Source of the DNA: Laetmonice hystrix
Taxonomy: Eukaryota
Direction of reading: 5' to 3'
Assembly: GCA_965235115.1 (NCBI GenBank)
Contig: OZ249436.1
Coordinates: 3,288,001 to 3,352,000, forward strand
DNA length: 64,000 bases
Shown: piece by piece, positions 1 to 9,500 of the stretch
Position numbering within the stretch: the stretch's first letter is position 1
Layout: every line of letters starts with the position of its first letter
Translations under genes and position numbers: made by a program
The notes under the pieces: model-generated
What the model saw: the letters and a program-made list of their open reading frames with translations, nothing else
What the model was told of the DNA's origin: nothing
Databases searched by the model: none

Positions 1-2225
1 TCTTGCCCATTGATGGACTGTTAATGTCAATGACCTTCTTGCCCATTGATAGACTAGCAATGCCAATGACCTTCTTGCCCATTGATGGACTATTAATGTC
101 AATGACCTTCTTGCCCATTGATGGACTATTAATGTCAATGACCTTCTTGCCCATTGATGGACTAGCAATGTCAATGACCTTCTTGCCCATTGATGGACTA
201 TTAATGTCAATGACCTTCTTGCCCATTGATGGACTGTTAATGTCAATGACCTTCTTGCCCATTGAAGGACTATTAATGTCAATGACCTTCTTGCCCATTG
301 ATGGCATATTTCACTATTAATGTCAATGACCTTCTTGCCCATTGATGGACTATTAATGTCAATGACCTTCTTGCCCATTGATGGACTATTAATGTCAATG
401 ACCTTCTTGCCCATTGATGGACTAGCATTGTCAATGACCTTCTTGCCCATTGATGGACTAGCATTGTCAATGACCTTCTTGCCCATTGATGGACTATTAA
501 TGTCAATGACCTTCTTGCCCATTGATGGACTATTAATGTCAATGACCTTCTTGCCCATTGATGGACTATTAATGTCAATGACCTTCTTGCCCATTGATGG
601 ACTATTAATGTCAATGACCTTCTTGCCCATTGATGGACTATTAATGTCAATGACCTTCTTGCCCATTGATAGACTATTAATGTCAATGACCTTCTTGCCC
701 ATTGATGGACTATTAATGTCAATGACCTTCTTGCCCATTGATGGACTATTAATGTCAATGACCTTCTTGCCCATTGATGGACTATTAATGTCAATGACCT
801 TCTTGCCCATTGATGGACTAGCATTGTCAATGACCTTCTTGCCCATTGATGGACTAGCATTGTCAATGACCTTCTTGCCCATTGATGGACTATTAATGTC
901 AATGACCTTCTTGCCCATTGATGGACTAGCATTGTCAATGACCTTCTTGCCCATTGATGGACTATTAATGTCAATGACCTTCTTGCCCATTGATGGACTA
1001 TTAATGTCAATGACCTTCTTGCCCATTGATAGACTAGCAATGTCAATGACCTTCTTGCCCATTTATGGACTATTAATGTCAATGACCTTCTTGCCCATTG
1101 ATGGACTATTAATGTCAATGACCTTCTTGCCCATTGATGGACTAGCAATGTCAATGACCTTCTTGCCCATTGATGGACTAGCAATGTCAATGACCTTCTT
1201 GCCCATTGATGGACTGTTAATGTCAATGACCTTCTTGCCCATTGATAGACTAGGAATGTCAATGACCTTCTTGCCCATTGATGGAATATAAATGTCAATG
1301 ACCTTCTTGCCCATTGATGGACTAGCAATGTCAATGACCTTCTTGCCCATTGATGGACTGTTAATGTCAATGACCTTCTTGCCCATTGATAGACTAGCAA
1401 TGTCAATGACCTTCTTGCCCATTGATGGACTAGCATTGTCAATGACCTTCTTGCCCATTGATGGACTGTTAATGTCAATGACCTTCTTGCCCATTGATAG
1501 ACTAGGAATGTCAATGACCTTCTTGCCCATTGATGGAATATAAATGTCAATGACCTTCTTGCCCATTGATGGACTAGCAATGTCAATGACCTTCTTGCCC
1601 ATTGATGGACTGTTAATGTCAATGACCTTCTTGCCCATTGATAGACTAGCAATGTCAATGACCTTCTTGCCCATTGATGGACTAGCATTGTCAATGACCT
1701 TCTTGCCCATTGATAGACTGTTAATGTCAATGACCTTCTTGCCCATTGATGGACTATTAATGTCAATGACCTTCTTGCCCATTGATGGACTATTAATGTC
1801 AATGACCTTCTTGCCCATTGATGAACTATTAATGTCAATGACCTTCTTGCCCATTGATAGACTAGCAATGTCAATGACATTCTTGCCCATTGATAGACTA
1901 TTAATGTCAATGACCTTCTTGCCCATTGATGGACTAGCAATGTCAATGACCTTCTTGCCCATTGATGGCATATTTCACTATTAATGTCAATGACCTTATT
2001 GCCCATTGATGAACTTGCAATGTCAATGACCTTCTTGCTCATTGATTGACTATCAATGTCAATGACCTTCTTGCCCATTGATGAACTAGCAATGTCAATG
2101 ACCTTCTTGCCCATTGATGGACTACGATGACCTTCTTGCCCATTGATGGCATATTTCACTATTAATGTCAACGACCGTCTTGCCCATTGTTGACATACAT
2201 TTGTATTTCACTATTGACGTCAGTG
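1..2225. repeat. 36-bp minisatellite, about 60 copies, consensus AATGTCAATGACCTTCTTGCCCATTGATGGACTATT; truncated by window start and degenerating over ~1985-2225
   Basis: Direct tandem periodicity of 36 bp. The core GTCAATGACCTTCTTGCCCATTGAT is almost invariant. Linker variants include GGACTATTAAT, GGACTAGCAAT, GGACTAGCATT, GGACTGTTAAT, AGACTAGGAAT and GGAATATAAAT. Three units (~305, ~1969, ~2150) carry an extra 8 bp (CATATTTC). Confidence 0.98.
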
Positions 2226-2383
2226 TAAGGCTAGGGCGTGGTTCCCATTGAACAGGCTGACTCCAGAGGGCGCACTGGTCGGTCTACCGGGCATGGACAT
2301 GTAAAAATCAATAAAATATACATTGTATTAGAAACGGACTGAAGTCTTTATCCTTCTCTTGAATACTGTATAATCTCTTTACA
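2224..2383 (+). mobile_element. Putative short solo LTR or LTR remnant (160 bp)
   Basis: Begins TGTAAGG (2224) and ends CTTTACA (2383), giving TGTAA...TTACA inverted termini as in LTRs. AATAAA at 2310-2315. The termini coincide with the ends of the unique sequence between two minisatellites. No target-site duplication is visible (TCAG | AGGG) and there is no internal coding region. Confidence 0.4.
2257..2275 (+). promoter_or_regulatory. CTCF-like motif CTGACTCCAGAGGGCGCAC
   Basis: By-eye match to the CTCF core consensus CCASYAGRKGGCRS (here ACTCCAGAGGGCGC). Neighbours are a GC/KLF box GGGCGTGG (2234-2241) and TGACGTCA (2215-2222). Motif match only; no binding evidence. Confidence 0.35.
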
Positions 2384-2389
2384 AGGGCC

Positions 2390-2880
2390 GACCCATGGGG
2401 CTAAGCAGTGGCGTACCCAGAAACTGGACCCATGGGCCTAAGCAGTGGCGTACCCAGAAACTGGACCCATGGGGCCCAGCAGTGGCGTACCCAGAAACTG
2501 GACCCATGGGGCCCAGCAGTGGCGTACCCAGAAACTGGACCCATGGGGCCCAGCAGTGGCGTATCCAGAAACTGGACCCATGGGGCCCAGCAGTGGCGTA
2601 CCCAGAAACTGGACCCATGGGGCCCAGCAGTGGCGTACCCAGAAACTGGACCCATGGGGCCCAGCAGTGGCGTATCCAGAAACTGGACCCATGGGGCCCA
2701 GCAGTGGCGTACCCAGAAACTGGACCCATGGGGCCCAGCAGTGGCGTACCCAGAAACTGGACCCATGGGGCCCAGCAGTGGCGTACCCAGAAACTGGACC
2801 CATGGGGCCCAGCAGTGGCGTACCCAGAAACTGGACCCATGGGGCCCAGCAGTTGCGTATCCAGAAACTGGACCAAGGGG
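2390..2880. repeat. 37-bp minisatellite, about 13 copies, consensus CAGTGGCGTACCCAGAAACTGGACCCATGGGGCCCAG
   Basis: Unit starts at 2406, 2443, 2480 ... 2813, 2850 with an exact 37-bp period. C>T variant (GCGTATCCAG) in units 2554, 2665 and 2850. The first two junctions end in CTAAG instead of CCCAG. Confidence 0.98.
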
Positions 2881-3020
2881 GGTGCTGGAAATAACCAACG
2901 TCGTAGGCGCTGCAACTTGCAACAAGCGCACCAAAAAACAACCCCCCCCCCACAAAAAAAAAAAAAATTGGCAAATTGAGGGGGGTGCTTGAGCACCTCC
3001 CCGCCCTGGGTACGCTACTG
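2406..3020. mobile_element. Non-autonomous DNA transposon (MITE, hAT-like TIRs); core element 2850..3020 (171 bp) with tandemly amplified left end
   Basis: Left TIR CAGTGGCGTACCCAG versus CTGGGTACGCTACTG at 3006-3020 (reverse complement CAGTAGCGTACCCAG, 14/15 identical). Subterminal GGGGGGTGCT at 2877-2886 and 2980-2989, followed by AGCACC. The interior has C10 and A14 runs and no transposase. The CAGTG terminus fits the hAT YARNG consensus. No 8-bp TSD seen. Confidence 0.7.
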
Positions 3021-6000
3021 TAGTGACTGTAGTCTCACTGTAGTGTTCGCTGGGGTGCTAGCCCAGCCAGTACCTTGTAGCGATTCCTCACTGTACCGTT
3101 GGCCTCCCTGTACCGTTTGCTTGTATACAACAGTAGCCAGTAATATAGGGACGCCTCATGTTTCATGTTTCCATGCCTTTATTGTCCAGGAGGCAGGCCA
3201 TACGTTTCATTTATCATCTACTCCCATCTAATCTGTGTCCCCTATAGACCATCTGTAAGCGTGGGACAACGTTGTCAGGTCGTCCCAATGACTGTTTGCC
3301 GTAAAGGTTTAGTTAACAATGGCAAATGACGTTGTACGCCTTTTCTATATCAGATATCCCATCCCCAAGTAAGAAACAAACAAAGAAAGAGTACAGAGAT
3401 TTGCAGGCAAGAAACAGCAGCGCAGCTCTACTGAAGCGGCGGCAGAGGCTGCGACTGCACTGCCATCTTCCGGCTACCGGTGGAATCACCACGTATACCT
3501 GGCCGGGCTGGCAGGCACCTGTGGCTCTTAGGTTAAAGCAATGAGAAGCCAAAAATGGCTACATTTCTGATACGTCAAATTGAAATTACGCCCCCCAAAG
3601 TTATGATTCTTAGGCCAGATGTATAACTGTCAAACGTATAGGTCTCGTACGTTCGCTACAGATATATGGTTGTGATGTGTATACTTCCCATTTGAGTATC
3701 TTCTCCAGATTTTAACATTAAATGCTCCTCGCCTGTACCTTTCATTTCCACTACCTCACTGTAGGGTTTGCATGGCTACTAGGCTAGTCGGTAAGATGTA
3801 GGGACTTCTCACTCTACTCGTTGGCCTCCCACACATCTTGGCCTCGCAGTGTAGTGTTTGGCCTCACTGTACTCTTTGGCCTCACTGTAGTGTTCGCTGG
3901 ATTGCTAGGCCAGCCAGTACCTTGTAGCGATTTCTCACTGTACCGTTTGTCCTCCCTGTACCGTTTGCTTGTACACAACAGTAGCCAGTAATATAGGGAC
4001 GCCTCATGTTTCATGTTTCCATGCCTTTATTGTCCAGGAGGCAGGCCAAACGTTTCATCTATCATCTAGTCCCATCTAATCTATGTCCCCTAGAGACCAT
4101 CTGTAAGCGTGCGAACACGTTGTCAGGTCGTGCCAATGACTGTTTGCCGTAAAGGTTTAGTTAACAATGACAAATGACGTTGTACGCCTTTTCTATATCA
4201 GATATCCCATCCCCAAGTAAGAAACAAACAAAAAAGAGTACAGAGATTTGCAGGCAAGAAACACCAGGGTGCAGCGCAGCTCTACTGAAGCGGCGGCAGA
4301 GGCGGTGACTGCACTGCCATCTTCCGGCTACCGGTGGAATCACCACGTATACCTGGCCGGGCTGGCGGGCACCTGTGGCTCTTAGGTTAAAGCAATGAGA
4401 AGCGGAAAATGGCTACATTTCTGATACGTCAAATTGAAACTACGCCCCCCAAAGTTATGATTCTTAGGCCAGATGTATAACTGTCAAACGTATAGGTCTC
4501 GTACGTTCGCTACAGATATATGGTTGTGATGTGTATACATGTACTTCCCATTTGAGTATCTTCTCCAGATTTTAACATTAGATGCTCCTCGCCAGTACCT
4601 TTCATTTCAACTACCTCACTGTAGTGTTTGCATGGCTACTAGGCCAGTCGGTAAGATGTAGGGACTTATCACTCTACTGGTTGGCCTCCCACACTGCTTG
4701 GCCTCACAGTGTACTGTTTGGCCTGACTTTACTCTTTGGCCTCACTGTAGTGTTCGCTGGGGTGCTAGGCCAGCCAGTACCTTGTAGCAATTCCTCACTG
4801 TACCGTTGGCCTCCCTGTACCGTTTGCTTGTATACAACAGTAGCCAGTAATATAGGGACGCCTCATGTTTCAGTTTCCATGCCTTTATTGTCCAGGAGGC
4901 AGGCCATACGTTTCGTCTATTATTTACTCCCATCTAATCTATGTCCCCTAGGACCATCTGTAAGCGTGCGAACACGTTGTCAGGTCGTCCCAATGACTGT
5001 TTGCCGTAAAGGTTTAGTTAACAATGGCAAATGACGTTGTACGCCTTTTCTATATCAGATGTCCCATCCCCAAGTAAGAAACAAACAAAGAAAGAGTACA
5101 GAGATTTGCAGGCAAGAAACACCAGGGTGCAGCGCAGCTCTACTGAAGCGGCGGCAGAGGCGGTGACTGCACTGCCATCTTCCGGCTACCGGTGGAATCA
5201 CCACGTATACCTGGCCGGGCTGGCGGGCATCTGTGGCTCTTAGGTTAAAGTAATGAGAAGCGGAAAATGGCTACATTTCTGATACGTCAAATTGAAACTA
5301 CGCCCCCCAAAGTTATGATTCTTAGGCCAGATGTATAACTGTCAAACGTATAGGTCTCGTACGTTCGCTCCAGATATATGGTTGTGATGTGTATACTTCC
5401 CATTTGAGGATCTTCTACAGATTTTAACATTAGATGCTCCTCGCCTGTACCTTTCATTTCCACTACCTCACTGTAGTGCTTGCATGGCTACTAGGCCAGT
5501 CGGTAAGATGTAGGGACTTCTCACTCTACTGGTTGGCCTCCCACACTGCTTGGCCTCACAGTGTACTGTTTGGCCTGACTTTACTCTTTGGCCTCACTGT
5601 AGTGTTCGCTGGGGTGCTAGGCCAGCCAGTACCTTGTAGCAATTCCTCACTGTACCGTTGGCCTCCCTGTACCGTTTGCTTGTATACAACAGTAGCCAGT
5701 AATATAGGGACGCCTCATGTTTCATGTTTCCATGCCTTTATTGTCCAGGAGGCAGGCCATACGTTTCGTCTATTATCTACTCCCATCTAATCTATGTCCC
5801 CTAGGACCATCTGTAAGCGTGCGAACACGTTGTCAGGTCGTCCCAATGACTGTTTGCCGTAAAGGTTTAGTTAACAATGGCAAATGACGTTGTACGCCTT
5901 TTCTATATCAGATATCCCATCCCCAAGTAAGAAACAAACAAAGAAAGAGTACAGAGATTTGCAGGCAAGAAACACCAGGGTGCAGCGCAGCTCTACTGAA

Positions 6001-6318
6001 GCGGCGGCAGAGGCGGTGACTGCACTGCCATCTTCCGGCTACCGGTGGAATCACCACGTATACCTGGCCGGGCTGGCGGGCACCTGTGGCTCTTAGGTTA
6101 AAGCAATGAGAAGCGAAAAATGGCTACATTTCTGATACGTCAAATTGAAACTACGCCCCCCAAAGTTATGATTCTTAGGCTAGATGTATAACTGTCAAAC
6201 GTATAGGTCTCGTACGTTCGCTACAGATATATGGTTGTGATGTGTATACTTCCCATTTGAGTATCTTCTCCAGATTTTAACATTAGATGCTCCTCGCCAG
6301 TACCTTTGATTTCCACTA

Positions 6319-6521
6319 CCTCACTGTAGTGTTTGCATGGCTACTAGGCCAGTCGGTAAGATGTAGGGACTTCTCACTCTACTGGTTGGCCTCCCACACT
6401 GCTTGGCCTCACAGTGTACTGTTTGGCCTGACTTTACTCTTTGGCCTCACTGTAGTGTTCGCTGGGGTGCTAGGCCAGCCAGTACCTTGTAGCGATTTCT
6501 CACTGTACCGTTTGTCCTCCC
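6319..6521. repeat. Internal direct repeat within each satellite monomer (77 bp x2, offset 126 bp) with TTGGCCT subrepeats of 17-20 bp; example monomer shown
   Basis: 6319-6395 aligns without gaps to 6445-6521 at 61/77 identity (hand count). TTGGCCT occurs at 6386, 6403, 6423 and 6441. Confidence 0.85.
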
Positions 6522-9500
6522 TGTACCGTTTGCTTGTACACAACAGTAGCCAGTAATATAGGGACGCCTCATGTTTCATGTTTCCATGCCTTTATTGTCC
6601 AGGAGGCAGGCCATACGTTTCATCTATCATCTACTCCCATCTAATCTGTGTCCCCTAGAGACCATCTGTAAGCGTGCGACAACGTTGTCAGGTCGTCCCA
6701 ATGACTGTTTGCCGTAGAAGTTTAGTTAACAATGGCAAATGACGTTGTACGCCTTTTCTATATCAGATATCCCATCCCCAAGTAAGAAACAAACAAAGAA
6801 AGAGTACAGAGATTTGCAGGCAAGAAACACCAGGGTGCAGCGCAGCTCTACTGAAGCGGCGGCAGAGGCGGTGACTGCACTGCCATCTTCCGGCTACCGG
6901 TGGAATCACCACGTATACCTGGCCGGGCTGGCGGGCACCTGTGGCTCTTAGGTTAAAGCAATGAGAAGCGAAAAATGGCTACATTTCTGATACGTCAAAT
7001 TAAAACTACGCCCCCCAAGGTTATGATTCTTAGGCCAGATGTATAACTGCCAAACGTATAGGTCTCGTACGTTCGCTACAGATATATGGTTGTGATGTGT
7101 ATACTTCCCATTTGAGTATCTTCTCCAGATTTTAACATTAGATGCTCCTCGCCAGTACCTTTAATTTCCACTACCTCACTGTAGTGTTTGCATGGCTACT
7201 AGGCCAGTCGGTAAGATGTAGGGACTTCTCACTCTACTGGTTGGCCTCCCACACTGCTTGGCCTCACAGTGTACTGTTTGGCCTGACTTTACTCTTTGGC
7301 CTCACTGTAGTGTTCGCTGGGGTGCTAGGCCAGCCAGTACCTTGTAGCAATTCCTCACTGTACCGTTGGCCTCCCTGTACCGTTTGCTTGTATACAACAG
7401 TAGCCAGTAATATAGGGACGCCTCATGTTTCATGTTTCCATGCCTTTATTGTCCAGGAGGAAGGCCATACGTTTCGTCTATTATCTACTCCCATCTAATC
7501 TATGTCCCCTAGGACCATCTGTAAGCGTGCGAACACGTTGTCAGGTCGTCCCAATGACTGTTTGCCGTAAAGGTTTAGTTAACAATGGCAAATGACGTTG
7601 TACGCCTTTTCTATATCAGATATCCCATCCCCAAGTAAGAAACAAACAAAGAAAGAGTACAGAGATTTGCAGGCAAGAAACACCAGGGTGCAGCGCAGCT
7701 CTACTGAAGCGGCGGCAGAGGCGGTGACTGCACTGCCATCTTCCGGCTACCGGTGGAATCACCACGTATACCTGACCGGGCTGGCGGGCACCTGTGGCTC
7801 TTAGGTTAAAGCAATGAGAAGCGAAAAATGGCTACATTTCTGATACGTCAAATTGAAACTACGCCCCCCAAAGTTATGATTCTTAGGCCAGATGTATAAC
7901 TGTCAAACGTATAGGTCTCGTACGTTCGCTACAGTTATATGGTTCTGATGTGTATACTTCCCATTTGAGTATCTTCTCCAGATTTTAACATTAGATGCTC
8001 CTCGCCAGTACCTTTGATTTCCACTACCTCACTGTAGTGTTTGCATGGCTACTAGGCCAGTCGGTAAGATGTAGGGACTTCTCACTCTACTGGTTGGCCT
8101 CCCACACTGCTTGGCCTCACAGTGTACTGTTTGGCCTAACTTTACTCTTTGGCCTCACTGTAGTGTTCGCTGGGGTGCTAGGCCAGCCAGTACCTTGTAG
8201 CGATTTTTCACTGTACCGTTTGTCCTCCCTGTACCGTTTGCTTGTACACAACAGTAGCCAGTAATATAGGGACGCCTCATGTTTCATGTTTCCATGCCTT
8301 TATTGTCCAGGAGGCAGGCCATACGTTTCATCTATCATCTACTCCCATCTAATCTGTGTCCCCTAGAGACCATCTGTAAGCGTGCGACAACGTTGTCAGG
8401 TCGTCCCAATGACTGTTTGCCGTAGAAGTTTAGTTAACAATGGCAAATGACGTTGTACGCTTTTTCTATATCAGATATCCCATCCCCAAGTAAGAAACAA
8501 ACAAAGAAAGAGTACAGAGATTTGCAGGCAAGAAATACCAGGGTGCAGCGCAGCTCTACTGAAGCGGCGGCAGAGGCGGTGACTGCACTGCCATCTTCCG
8601 GCTACCGGTGGAATCACCACGTATACCTGGCCGGGCTGGCGGGCACCTATGGCTATTAGGTTAAAGCAATGAGAAGCGGAAAATGGCTACATTTCTGATA
8701 CGTCAAATTGAAACTACGCCCCCCAAAGTTATGATTCTTAGGCCAGATGTATAACTGTCAAACGTATAGGTCTCGTACGTTCGCTACAGATATATGGTTG
8801 TGATGTGTATACTTCCCATTTGAGTATCTTCTCCAGATTTTAACATTAGATGCTCCTCGCCAGTACCTTTGATTTCCACTACCTCACTGTAGTGTTTGCA
8901 TGGCTACTAGGCCAGTCGGTAAGATGTAGAGACTTCTCACTCTACTGGTTGGCCTCCCACACTGCTTGGCCTCACAGTGTACTGTTTGGCCTGACTTTAC
9001 TCTTTGGCCTCACTGTAGTGTTCGCTGGGGTGCTAGGCCAGCCAGTACCTTGTAGCAATTCCTCACTGTACCGTTGGCCTCCCTGTACCGTTTGCTTGTA
9101 TACAACAGTAGCCAGTAATATAGGGACGCCTCATGTTTCATGTTTCCATGCCTTTATTGTCCAGGAGGAAGGCCATACGTTTCGTCTATTATCTACTCCC
9201 ATCTAATCTATGTCCCCTAGGACCATCTGTAAGCGTGCGAACACGTTGTCAGGTCGTCCCAATGACTGTTTGCCGTAAAGGTTTAGTTAACAATGGCAAA
9301 TGACGTTGTACGCCTTTTCTATATCAGATATCCCATCCCCAAGTAAGAAACAAACAAAGAAAGAGTACAGAGATTTGCAGGCAAGAAACACCAGGGTGCA
9401 GCGCAGCTCTACTGAAGCGGCGGCAGAGGCGGTGACTGCACTGCCATCTTCCGGCTACCGGTGGAATCACCACGTATACCTGGCCGGGCTGGCGGGCACC

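Noticed and set aside
3..2171. Long ORFs on both strands (630, 323, 302 aa etc.) with 12-aa periodicity
   Set aside because: A 36-bp unit is a multiple of 3, so stop-free frames are open automatically. Several frames are open at once, indel units shift the frames, and there is no unique domain.
1..2880. CRISPR array (36- and 37-bp repeat lengths, dyad symmetry)
   Set aside because: Units are directly abutting with no unique spacers, and there are no cas genes or leader.
2379..2996. Six overlapping ORFs of 149-205 aa
   Set aside because: All six frames are open because the 37-bp GC-rich unit lacks stop codons. They are repeat artefacts.
2398..3028. 8-bp target-site duplication for the hAT-like MITE
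   Set aside because: The left flank GGGCTAAG (or GGGCCCAG) does not match the right flank TAGTGACT, so the superfamily assignment stays tentative.
6125..6160. Hammerhead ribozyme in the satellite monomer (CTGATAC...GAAAC)
   Set aside because: The core needs CUGANGA, but the sequence reads CTGATAC and has no stem II. The minus-strand GACGAAAC has no upstream CUGANGA. An Infernal search would be definitive.
6286..6305. HDV-like ribozyme loop (CTCCTCGC)
   Set aside because: Flanking bases do not form P3 or P1, and no nested double pseudoknot was found by eye.
5884..6738. 5S rRNA, U1 snRNA, tRNA or spliced-leader gene as the repeated unit (GGCCATAC, ATACCTGGC, GTTCG words)
   Set aside because: Matches are only 5-9 nt and do not extend. 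No A/B/C boxes at proper spacing, cloverleaf or convincing Sm site was seen.
5884..6738. CENP-B box
   Set aside because: The TTCG words in the monomer are not followed by the required A..CGGG pattern.
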